64,000 nucleotides of DNA from Azolla caroliniana. Taxonomy: Eukaryota > Plantae > Polypodiophyta. Both the position numbers and the translations under genes were made by a program. The DNA lies in assembly GCA_043228905.1 (NCBI GenBank), contig JBHGNT010000012.1, forward strand, positions 11,098,001 through 11,162,000. The letters are read 5' to 3'. A model generated the notes under the pieces. The model saw only the letters and a list, made by a program, of their open reading frames with translations. It did not search any database and was not told where the DNA came from. Position 1 is the first letter of the stretch, and each line of letters opens with the position of its first letter. This document shows, in pieces, positions 23,670 to 35,119 of this stretch.

Positions 23670-24959
23670 TACCTGAGTATTTGGTGCGCACACTGAAGGT
23701 GTTGCACGGTTGGATGCACAATAAATTAACTAATCAATCTAACCGGATAGTTGAGATCCGGCCGAGTGATGGTCAAATATATAAGACTTCTAACTATCTA
23801 TCGGAACCTTTTCGGGTCACATGTTGTTCCAGAGCCGGGGCGAAGCTTCACAATGCGGTCTAGAGGAGTCGAGACGGATTTGCATTCAGTCATACGGAAT
23901 TTGAAGAGCATACTCAACACATAGTGGCGTTGACTGATGAGTATGCCTTCCAAAGTGCGAATCACTTCGATCCCGAGGAAGTAATGAAAGTCCCCAAGAT
24001 CCTTCATGTCAAACAATGCCACAAGTTTGGACTTGACGCGGTCGATTTCGTCCAGGTCGGCACCGGCGATGACAAGATCATCCACATAGAGCAATATGCT
24101 CGCCGGCCCGTTCCGACCTTGCCGGATGAAGAGTGAAGAGTCCGAGTTCGACAGAGCAAACCCCATCCGACGCAGTCTCTGCGTGATCGTTGCGTTCTAG
24201 GTGCGCACGGCTTGCGCGAGTCCGTACAGGGACTTCTTCAATTGGCATACAACCAATATGTTCACTCTGGAATGAAATCTGGGGGGCTGAACCATAAACA
24301 CTTGTTCCTCAAGATCACCACGCAGGAACGCATTTTTCACATCCATTTGATGTAGATGTCACCCCTTCGTTGTTGCCACCGCAAGCAGGACACGGACATT
24401 TGTCATCTTCGCGCTGTCGTGAAGATTTTCGTCCATAGGCGGAAACCGGGGTGGGAAGGGCAAGTCGGTGGTGTGCTACATGTGCACATGTAAACTAGGA
24501 TATGGTGTATAGAAAGAGAGGGGAAATTTTATCCCACATTATAAGGTCCCTCCCTCGGGCTATAAAAGGAAGGGAGGGGTCACTTATGAAGGGTCGCCTA
24601 TTTTGAGGGAGAGAGGCATACCACTTAGGTCGAGGGTTTCCTATTCGGTTTTAGGGTTTCGGTTAGGGTTTTCTTCTTGGGTTTTCTTTAGGGTTTTCTT
24701 ATAGTCGTTTGGTGCGGCCATGGCGGCCACCATTGTTGTAATCATTCATTTCTTAATAGAACTTCTTGTTGAGTATCTTGATTGCATCTTCTTCTTCTTC
24801 TATCATAATGTCATATTTGTTCTCTTCTCCTCTTGAGCTAATCTTTCTCCTCCACTCCCTAGTCCAAGACCCCGTGGTCCCGCCCTTCTACACGCATGCG
24901 TGTAACAACGCGACATCTTTGGTGAACCCGACGTGAAGAGGCGGCAAGGGAGGGCGGAT

Positions 24960-27713
24960 ATGGAAGAAGACTTTGACTTCGAGGAGATGATGGCAAAGAT
25001 CGTAATGGATGCACGAAGGAAAAAGGGGAGGCGAGATGCGGCTCAACAAGCCGTCAAGAGGGTGGTCGATCGAGTCGGCCGATTCAACGGGGACGATGTC
25101 CCAAGGTTCTTGGAAGCGTACGATGCCGAGATGACGGAGTGGGGCGTGGACGAAGCGATGCGGCTAGAGTATTTTCGTCGAGTGGCGGCCGTATCGGTGC
25201 ATAAAGAGGTCAAGGAGCTTCAAGAAGCTCACGAGTCGTGGGAGTCCTTCAAGGGAGCTCTAATGGAGGCATACGAATACGCGAAACCAAAGTGGGTATG
25301 CCGGCAATATGATGGGGAGCGGTCGGCAACGACTTGGCTCACGAGCGACGGAAAAGAGAGGGCGGTGGGCGGCTACACACCACCCCCGGAAAAGAGCTTG
25401 ACGCGCGATCAACCGGAGGAGTACGACTTCGAGGCGTTGGTATGGGAGGCGTGCGAGAGCGTGAAGGTGAAGTTCAAAGCCGAGGAAGGGCTTATTACGG
25501 AGTTGGGCCCAAGCGGATCGAAGGATGCGGAGGAAGAAGCCTCCCTACGTGTGGAGGACGGGGCCTATGTTGAGGCCGAAAGAGCGTGCGACGGCGACAT
25601 GGGAGAAGGTGCGGAGCAAGCGACCCTCTTGTCTTGCGGTGAAGGGACGGCCATGGAGGCCGGCAACTACGGATTCGGGACATGGCGGCCTGAAACATCG
25701 AGTGAGGAGGAAACAAGCTTCGGTGCCGCGACCGTACACGCACCGGCCCTACAGACTCCGCCATCCGGCCCGGGAGCTTGTGTGGAACCTAGAGTGACGG
25801 ACGGTGGCGGCGGCAAGGCGGGCAACCGAGACGACGACATGGAAGAGACGGTACCAAGCGTAAATGAAGACGGGTTAGCCGCAGACAACAATGTCCGAAC
25901 GGAGGTGGCTACGGACACAACGAGCGGCGGTGCCAGGTCCTTACCCACACCAGTCCTACAGGCTCCGGCGGCCGGCCCGAGTGCCGGCGTGAGACCTAGA
26001 GCGACGGGCGGTGGCGGCGGCAAGGCGGGCAACCAAGACGACGGCAAGGAGATCGAGGAAGAGGAGGCGCCAAGTGTAATCGAGGCGTCCGCGATTGGAG
26101 ACGGGGTAGCCACGGACAATGACGTCCGGATAGAGGTGTCTACGGACATAACCTGCGGCGGTGCTGCGACCTCTCACACACCGGCCCTAGAGGTTCCGGC
26201 GGTCAGCCCGAGTGCCGGCATGAGACCTAGAGTGACGGGCAGTGGTGGCGGCAAGGCGGGCTACCATGGCGACGAAGAGAAAGAGAAAGAGATAGCCACG
26301 GACCACGGCGTCCGAACGAAGGTGGATACGAACATGGCATCGGCGAGTAACGGTACCGGGACTTTTCCCACACCTATTCTAGAGACTTCGGCGGTCGGCC
26401 CAGAGAGCCCACGTGAGACCGGAGAGACGGAAGGTGGCGGCGGCAAAGCGGACGATCGAAACGACGACAAGGAACGTCATAGCGGACGGAGGCAAGACCT
26501 CTCGACACCGAGACCGGAGACTACGGCGGTTACGCTCGAATGCCAACATAAGACCGGAGAGAAGGGCGGTGGCCGTGAGGAGGCGTGGCCCACAGCGAAC
26601 CCGTACGAAGATGAGGATGCGAGGCCCGGAACGGGCATATACGAGAGGACCGACGGAGAGGTCGGGAGCGGCAAAGAGGAGAGAGTCGGGAACCGACCCG
26701 ACCGGAAGATGAACCAGTCGATAATCCGACACGACCGGAAGACGACGCGGAAGAAGATTGGAGCGGGGTCCGGTCAACCGGGCCCGAACCGAAGAAGAGC
26801 CGGCAAGGCAGGATTTGTTCAGACAAACATGTACCGGCCGGTTACGATTACGGAAGGGAGCCGACCAAACCGGAACTCGATCGGCCGAGACCGATTCGGG
26901 CAAAGGCTAAGTTGGCATGATTGGAGGTCGAGGCGAACGAGCCACAACACCCGGTGGGAGCCGGTGAGCACGAGAAGGAGGCCAAGCATGCACAAGGAGT
27001 ATGACTTGGTGGGAGGCCAAGAGCAAGAGGGACCCTCCTCACCTATTCTTGAGACTTTGGCGGTTGCAGATCAACGTAAGACCAAAGAGATGGCGGAAGG
27101 CAGCGAGGAGTCGAAGACCGGAACGGACGAGGCTACCAGAACGGGTACCCGGTGCGTGAAGGCGGACGAGCACGGCCAAGACGGCAAGCCGGAGTCGAAA
27201 GGGGCTACGGCAACGAAATACGAAGAGGCCGACGCAGAGGTCGGGACTACAACGAGGGAAGCGTGTAACATGAAGCATGCATTACGGTGTAGAACGGAGC
27301 GTGCACTACGGCTGGCGAAGGGCCAAGAAGCAAGCATGCACCCGGAAGAGCCGCAACGAGTGACCGACGATGACGGTCGGAGGAAGCCTTCAAGAGGCAA
27401 GCGCGGGATGACGGGCGGTGCGACGAGACGCCAAGATCAACAGAACGAGACGGGCGTGATCGGCGTGAACGAAGGGTTGTGTCTGGGAAAACGGAGGGGA
27501 TTCGCGGAGAACAACGGGGTACACACAGGGAAGAGAAAACGTGGCGGCTTCCCAGAGGGCATACAAGGCCAAGTGGGCCAAGAGGGTGCAAGTCGAGGCA
27601 AGGCGATAACGAGAGCCTCGAGGGACACCGACACGGAGGTCGGGATGACGGTACGCCCTACGGCGAGAGAGCACGACGGGCAAAGGAGAGGCATGTGGAA
27701 TGGGGCCGCCTAA
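24960..27713 (+). CDS. Gag-like N-terminus fused to a long repetitive low-complexity extension
   Basis: 926-aa open frame (first ATG at 24960). GRFNGDDVPRFLEAY...SWESFKGALMEAY resembles a retrotransposon capsid N-terminus. Repeated TP.L..P..GP.AG.RPR.TG.GGGKAG modules follow. Confidence 0.6.
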   Translation: MEEDFDFEEMMAKIVMDARRKKGRRDAAQQAVKRVVDRVGRFNGDDVPRFLEAYDAEMTEWGVDEAMRLEYFRRVAAVSVHKEVKELQEAHESWESFKGALMEAYEYAKPKWVCRQYDGERSATTWLTSDGKERAVGGYTPPPEKSLTRDQPEEYDFEALVWEACESVKVKFKAEEGLITELGPSGSKDAEEEASLRVEDGAYVEAERACDGDMGEGAEQATLLSCGEGTAMEAGNYGFGTWRPETSSEEETSFGAATVHAPALQTPPSGPGACVEPRVTDGGGGKAGNRDDDMEETVPSVNEDGLAADNNVRTEVATDTTSGGARSLPTPVLQAPAAGPSAGVRPRATGGGGGKAGNQDDGKEIEEEEAPSVIEASAIGDGVATDNDVRIEVSTDITCGGAATSHTPALEVPAVSPSAGMRPRVTGSGGGKAGYHGDEEKEKEIATDHGVRTKVDTNMASASNGTGTFPTPILETSAVGPESPRETGETEGGGGKADDRNDDKERHSGRRQDLSTPRPETTAVTLECQHKTGEKGGGREEAWPTANPYEDEDARPGTGIYERTDGEVGSGKEERVGNRPDRKMNQSIIRHDRKTTRKKIGAGSGQPGPNRRRAGKAGFVQTNMYRPVTITEGSRPNRNSIGRDRFGQRLSWHDWRSRRTSHNTRWEPVSTRRRPSMHKEYDLVGGQEQEGPSSPILETLAVADQRKTKEMAEGSEESKTGTDEATRTGTRCVKADEHGQDGKPESKGATATKYEEADAEVGTTTREACNMKHALRCRTERALRLAKGQEASMHPEEPQRVTDDDGRRKPSRGKRGMTGGATRRQDQQNETGVIGVNEGLCLGKRRGFAENNGVHTGKRKRGGFPEGIQGQVGQEGASRGKAITRASRDTDTEVGMTVRPTAREHDGQRRGMWNGAA

Positions 27714-27852
27714 GGGCCAAAGAATGAGCGCATATTCGGGGGACAACATCGATGCATGGGAAGAGCCTACGGAAGGCAAGCGCAGAGCGGGAAGAGTCGA
27801 CACACCGAGGTGTTCAACATGCGGAGACGATAAAACCAAAGGAGCGGCACGC

Positions 27853-28867
27853 TGTCGTGAAGATCCGTCACTACACGCGGATCGTGAGGTGGAACCGTCG
27901 GGGTTCTGGACCGGAAGGATTCAAAGTCGGTACAAGCTTTGGCGCAAGCTTTAGCGAGAAAGTACTTAAGATAGATTGGGAAAGAGAGAAGTTGAGATTA
28001 CACGATTGAGAGAGATTGATTGAACTTTTAACTTTAGATTTAAGAAACAAGTTACACGATCAATTTGATAACGAATTTCTTCCTCTTAATTTTCATAAAA
28101 AAAACCGTCCTTTTTTCTCCTCCCCCTTCCTTCTTTTATAGATGCTCTCATGCATATGATACATGTGAGGGTACAAGACATGCATAAATTGCATGTTTGC
28201 CATTTGGCGCTTATGTATTGCATGTGGTGCATGATAACCATGTCACTCATTTGAGCTCTCATGTATGAGAATTTACATGTAAAAGTACAATGATAGAAAT
28301 ATAAATTTAACTAAATAGCATGGCTTAATGGTAAGCCAATTGACTCCTAACTTGGAGGTGCAAGGTTTGAATCCTTACTTGTCCTCCTTGTATATGTATA
28401 TATGTATATATTTATTTATCTAGTCGCCGGACGCCGGTTCGTCGGATGCCGCCACCGGATCACCGGCTCCATCGTCGGTCCGGTTTTGGTTGGCCAAAAC
28501 CCTTTACGAGTAGCTAGCCCACCTCCACTCTTAGTTCAAGTTACCTTGAACTCTCTATGCTCCACACATAGACACAAAGATAATATCTTTTGCTCCACCT
28601 TATATATGATGAGAGCCGTATTTGTCGTGCCTATGTGGGATATCTCACAATTTTCTCTTTTCCTTTCATAAACTTTATACCCTCATATCTTGACATTTAG
28701 TTGTCCGTTTCTCGTGTAATAAAGTGCATTCGAAACCTCCATCATTTTGTACTTAGATATTAAATTTATTTAAAATGTTATCTTCACAATTATTGTATTA
28801 TGTGATTTATACTTGATTTTGTACGTTTTATGGGATTTTCACACTATTGCAGAAAATCTTCACGACA
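27853..28867 (-). mobile_element. Solo LTR related to the Trp-primed family
   Basis: 12-bp inverted termini TGTCGTGAAGAT and 4-bp TSD ACGC. The minus-strand CTATAAAAGAAGGAAGGGGGAGG matches the TATA context of the host LTR. Confidence 0.85.
28321..28385 (+). ncRNA. tRNA-derived A/B-box cassette inside the solo LTR
   Basis: TGGCTTAATGG, 32 nt, GGTTTGAATCC. Confidence 0.5.
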
Positions 28868-31800
28868 ACGCAAAGGGCGGAAACCGGAGTGCGACATGAG
28901 AGATCCGGAGCGCATCCGGAGGACATGCGAGGTGGACCAAGAGGGTGTACCTCGGGGTGAAGCGGCAACATCGGAAGTTGCGGAGGACACCGAAGACGAG
29001 AGCACCGACACGGATGTCGAGGAAGCAACGTACCTTTTCGAAAGGGTATGCAGAGTGGAGCGGAGTGCGAGACGTGCGATGTGGCCGCGTAAGGGCCAAA
29101 CGACAAGCACGAGGATGATCGGCGAGCATGGAAGGCTATGTCTTGAGAACCGGAGGAGGTGCGTGGAGAGCAACGAGCTACGGAAGCGCGGCGTCTTGGA
29201 AGGCATGCGAGGCCAAGCGGGCCAAGAGGACGAGAGACGAGATGAATCGGTGACGGGATGACGGTACGCTCTACGGCGAGAGAGCACGGCGCGCAACGGA
29301 GAAGCGAGGAGCGTGTAATGAGGTCGTCGAGGGACCGAAGAACGAGCGCATGTTCGGGAGACAACAAGGGCCCACGGAAAGAGCCTACGGAACGTGAGCG
29401 CGAAACGAAGGGAATCGGCACGAGGTGTTCGAGACGAAGGGAGGATCGAGCCAGAGATAGAACACAAGCGGTATGCGAGGGGCAGAATCCGGCGAGTAAA
29501 TGGGGTGACCAAGGGCTTAATCGGAGGACCTACGTGGTGGACAAAGAAAGAGTCACCGGATCGGCAATGATGTTCGGGAGGACCGACCGGGGAGGAAGGC
29601 GCGTGTGGTGGATATGGCGGTTCGGATGGAGCCGCCGTTTCGAGGACACACGGTGGACGTGGTGGATAGGATGGAGCTGACGGGTAGGGGCCGGTAAGGA
29701 GCCGGCAAGATGGATCGGCGCCGGCAAGGGACCGGGAAGACGGTTGGGTGCCGATAAGGCGAAAGACCTAGTTGATCACCGTCGCCGAAATCTCTCACCC
29801 TTTTCCTTTCTTGGCACATACCGGTGGATGTGCGGTTTGGTGGGGGTGGATGTCGTGAAGATTTTCGTCCATAGGCGGAAACCGGGGTGGGAAGGGCAAG
29901 TCGGTGGTGTGCTAAATGTGCACATGTAAACTAGGATATGGTGTATAGAAAGAGAGGGGAAATTTTATCCCACATTGTAAGGTCCCTCCCTCCTCGGGCT
30001 ATAAAAGGAAGGGAGGGGTCACTTATGAAGGGTTGCCTATTTTGAGGGAGAGAGGCATACCACTTAGGTCGAGGGTTTCCTATTCGGGCCTTGTACCTAT
30101 TGAATGAGTCGTCGGCGTTGTATTTCAATTTGTATACCCATCCGACTCAACTCGACCGGCGTCGTACTCCGGCGTCTTCTTCTTCCCCTTTTCTTTGCGC
30201 TTGAACCATCTCCTCGATTCCTTGCGCGGGGAGAGCACGGCCTAGTCTTCACTACTCACAGCCTCGTCATCCGGTTGACCATTCCAGCTCAACTAGTCCA
30301 GATTCGGTCCACTCATCCAAAGAGAAGTCGAACTATCCGGATGTTCGAATTCCATGTCGCTTCTGTATGTTCCGGATTCCACCGGATCATCAATAGCAAT
30401 CGGCTCAAACTCGGGTGGAGAGAAGTACCAGGATGTTGATTCATTGAAAACAACATCTCAGCTAACTTAGACCACTATTGATCGGGGGTTATAACACTTA
30501 TAACCCTTCTGTTCATCCGAGTAGCCGACGAGAATGCACTTTTCAGCTTTCGTGTCTAACTTCCTCGTTTTTTCCTTACATGCACATATGCAATGCTCTT
30601 GAACACCCAAAGGTGTGCCAAATTCGGCTTCCGCTCGAAATACAATTCGTGCAGTGACACCTTTGTCCCTGAGGCTGATATGTGATTCTATACATAGACA
30701 GCCATATGGATTGCTTGGCCCAATAAAATTTCGGCATATGCTTCTCCTCGAGCATTTCCATGGCTGCTTCTGCCAACGTCCTATTTTGATGCTTGGCCAT
30801 GTTGTTTTGCTCCGGCGTGTATCTGCAAGAGAACTCCCGTCGGATTCCTTTCATCTGCAGATAATTTGTGAATTGGTCGAAAAAGTATTCTTTTCCGCCA
30901 TCTGATCTCAGACATTTGATCTTTCTTCTGGTCTCGCGTTTGACATGATTCTTTAGGTCCCAGAAGCATGAGAAAACTTTTCTCTTCTTCTCAATCAAAT
31001 AGATCCAAGTGTGTCGACTGAAATCGTCAATGAAGGAGACGAAATACCAACTCCCACCAATGCTCACATTCTGTGCCACTCCACACACAACCAAATGAAT
31101 GAGATCGAGCCAATTCCGGCTCCGGTTCTTCTGATTGGGGAACGAAAGCCTATGTTGCTTGCCGAGTTGGCAGGTTTCACATATTTGCCCTTTCCGGCCA
31201 CTGAACTTCGGCCACCCGAAAACTATGTGTTCCAACTGCAACACCTGAAGCTTCCGAAAGTTGATGTGGTCGATCCGCTTATGCCACAGGTCGATGTCCG
31301 ACTCGACCTTTTACCCTTTTGCGAACATAGCGGTGCCAACATCATTCATCTCGAGGATAAACATCCTCCCGTCTCGGCGCCCTTGTGCGATGACTTTGCC
31401 ATCTTCTTCAATGAAACACCTGAGGTGTGTGAACCGGACCTGCATCCCTTGGTTGACAAGCTGTCCGACTAACACAAGATTCTTTGTGATTGTCGGGACA
31501 TTGTTGCACAAGAATTTGCCTCTCAAAACTCTAGCACAATACATCTAGAAACACACAAGGCACATCATCATAGGGCACCATAACAACATCTTTGAGTTTA
31601 AGAAAGACCACAAACACAAAAGGAGATGAATGGGTAGGACAAAGACAATCAATGAAGAAATATGAAAGGGGAGGATCTCTATCAAGAGTATATATATAAA
31701 TTCTAATTACACCAAAGAGGGTTTACAACATTTTATGATAATCATTCATGTACAACAAATAGGAGATTGGAATTGACAAAGATATGTATCATAATCTATG

Positions 31801-32493
31801 AAAGAAGGAAAGGAGAATGAAGATAGAGTATTTATTAAGAAGACAGATATAAAACACACACTACATCAAGAGAGATATTCTATGGCTATCCTATTCCCAA
31901 GGCTTTCACACTCATACTTATATACAATAGGGGCTTAATTGTTAGTTCTTGCATGTATCTTGCCACCTGTCCCACATGTAACACTTCAACCACTTTCCTT
32001 TGCATGTAACCGATAGATCTTCTATTTTGGGTATGAAGACGCTTGATTCTATCCACGACCCCTTCTAGACATTTGTAGCACATCGAGCAAGCTTTCCAAA
32101 GAATGTTTATTTATTGAAATCCAATATTCCCTTGAAATATTACGACTAAAACATTGACTGCCTATTGTAAACGCACTCTTTGATTATGTCACATCAATTC
32201 ATCTTGATTCTTCACATCTACTTTCGACTAAAGCATCCACCATCATGCCTAAAGTGTCATAACTAGCTTGTGTCCATATTTTACTATCTTCCAACCACTT
32301 TGTTGAGCAAAAGTATTTACAACACAACACTTTAGCCCCCTCCAAGGAAAGCTTTGATAAAGTCAAAGCTTTTTCTAGTTGAACACTAGTAAACTACCAA
32401 TATCCTCTATATATACCTTATCCTTGTCTCGAGCAGCAAATACCTAAAAACAGTTCACAAATATGTACAAGTAAACGTTTCATTCTTTGTACT

Positions 32494-34258
32494 TTAAGAA
32501 GCCATTGTCATTGAGGAACTCATTATGCATAAATGATATGGCTTTAATCTCACCCCATTGATCCTTTCTCTCATTAATGACCCATCCATACTCTTTAGCT
32601 CATATGTACCATTGGTAAACCTCTTGTGGATTACATAAGGTCCATCCCACCTATGCTTGAATTTTCTTTGAAAATTCTTATCCAAGGAACTATTATATAT
32701 TAAGACCAACATACCCTCCATGTTTTTTTTTCCTTGCTAGTGCTTGACTTCTTTTATCCCGTCGTTGACACAAGTCTTCATAGAAATGTATTGCGTCATC
32801 TCTTTTCCAAAATAAATCATGCATAGCTTCTTTTCTTACATCCATTTGAAATTCATCATGCACTCCTAAACACTCCATCATTTGAATAGAAGGAAACAAC
32901 ACATTTGCAGGCATCATTGCATCCTCCCCATATACTAAGTGGAAGGGAGTAAAACCTGTGGAAAGCTTATGTGTCATCCTACATGCCCATAGTGCTTTGT
33001 TTAACTCTTTATCCCAACTCCGTGGATACAAGTCCACAAGCTTGAACAATAGCTTCTGTATAGTCCCATTAAAGGACTCCACCAATCCACTACATTGTGG
33101 GTGATATGGAGTAGCTCTTTTATGTGGAATCTCCAAATGAGTTACCAAATCTTTAATAAAATCTCCTCTAAACTCAGGACCATTATCTGTAACTAACTCC
33201 AAAGGCACACCAAATCTACATACTACTTGTTCAAAAACCAACTTTGCCATTTCTTTGCTTGTTGCAATACACATAGCCCGTGCGTCTAGCCATCGTGAAA
33301 CATATTCTACTGTTGACATAATGTATACTTTGCCACTAGTAGAACTCGGTAATGGCCCAATGACATCTAAACCCCACTTAGAGAATATCGTATAGCTAAT
33401 AATCCTCCCTGGAGGTTCAGGCATTAATCTTCTTTGTTGATATAATTGACATTCATGACATGACCTATACCAATGTACCACATCCCTATACATGCTTGCC
33501 CATTTTACTTGAGTTTGCATGGTCTTCCTTTTAGTATATTCTATTCCAAAATGGCCTCCACATCCTTCCTCGTGACACATAGACAAACACTCTTGAATCT
33601 CATCATGCCATAATACACGTTTAAGCACCCCATCTATATCTTTCAAATAAAGATCATCATGTATTTATCACATACCTTTGTGCACGATGTGTTAGGGCAA
33701 GACGCCTATGATATGGGAGCTCTTTTCTAGCCCTTCCTATCCTTAAAACATATTCGTCCTCTTCTAGGCTCTCTCGACCTTTTTATGATGGCATATTTAT
33801 AACATGCACTCCCATTTCTTGTGCTACTATCTTGCTTGCTAGCTCATGAGCCCTTGCATTCTTATCTCTTGCGATATGCTGAAATTGACATTCCAAGAAT
33901 TGGCGTTGCAATTGCATCACTTGTTGGAGAAGGGGACGAAGACTAGCCTTTTGCACCTTCCACACACCCTGCACTTGTCTTATAATCAACAATGAATCTC
34001 CCTTTACCATCAAACTTCTAATTCCTTTTTCCATGCATACTTGTAAGGCATGAATTAAGCTAGGATACTCAGCCTCATTGTGACTATTTGCTTCAATGTG
34101 ATCACTTCCACTCCATAACTCATGGCATTCTCTATTCATGAAAGCATATCCAATTCTTGCAATCTTTGTTTTTTGCTTAAAAGCACCATCAAAATATAAT
34201 ACCCCTTCAAATTTTTTCAACATTATTTCAGATTCATTGATTGGTTCAACATGATCAT
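32494..34258 (-). pseudogene. Tat-like aRH and integrase
   Basis: LYFDGA...HNEAEY...VKGDSLLII (archaeal-type RNase H); KWGLDVIGP, TDNGPEF, TPYHPQCSG (INT); and the GPY motif RWDGPY. Confidence 0.9.
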
Positions 34259-35119
34259 CTATCTGTTGGGAGACAGGTCCCTCAGGATGGGAAGGGAGAA
34301 GAACAGTGCTGATGAGCAAACTCGGCCAAGGCCGATAGGCCGAGGCCGAAACCGGATGAGGAGTACTCGGCTACGGAGAGCCGGATGGTACAGAACTGAT
34401 GAGAACTGGATGAGGAGTACCCGGCTACAGAGAGCCGAATGGTACAAACCCAGTGAGAACCGGATGAGGAGTACTGGCTACGGAGAGCCGGATAGCGCAG
34501 ACCTGATGAGAACCGGATGAGGAGTACCCGGCTACAGAGAGCCGGATAGTGCAGACCCGGTGAGAACCGGATGACGAGTGCCCGGCAAGATCCGGATGAT
34601 GCAGGCCCGGTGAGGAGTGCTCTGTAGATGAACAAACATTTTCGTAAATATGTTTCTGAGAGTCCATCGTGGCTATATTTGTAAATAGCCGAAAAGTCAT
34701 ATTAGTATAAATATGACTTAGGAAAAACTTTTGATACTGTTGTTGTCATTCTTGTTGGTGCAAGAAGAGAGAGCTCGTAACAGTGTACAGAGAGTGAGAG
34801 AGAGGAAGAGGTCGTTGCCTCTGTTGTAACCGCCGTCTGTGGCGAAGGTCGTGAGCGCGAGGTCGTTGCCTCCGTGAGCTCACTGTTGTAATCATTGTGA
34901 TATAGTGATAGTTTGGAGTCTGTGGACTCCCGTGGTTTTTCCCTCTCAGGGTTTTCCACGTTAAACATCATGTGTACTCTTCTCTCCTTTGTGTCGTGTG
35001 TTTTTTTCGTTTCCCGTGTTTTGTGTATGATTCTAAGCTCGGTTGTGGCCGAGCGTTGCGCATAGGGAAGGGAGTGTGCAGTTCTTGACAAAGTGGTATC
35101 AGAGCGAAACGACATAGAA

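Larger units (their letters stand above)
24415..30087 (+). mobile_element. Non-autonomous gag-only LTR element, tRNA-Trp primed (copy B); 5' LTR 24415-24915, truncated 3' LTR 29851-~30087
   Basis: TGTCG...CGACA LTR, 18-nt PBS TGGTGAACCCGACGTGAA (24920-24937) matching the plant tRNA-Trp 3' end, and a PPT at 29839-29850. Confidence 0.88.
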
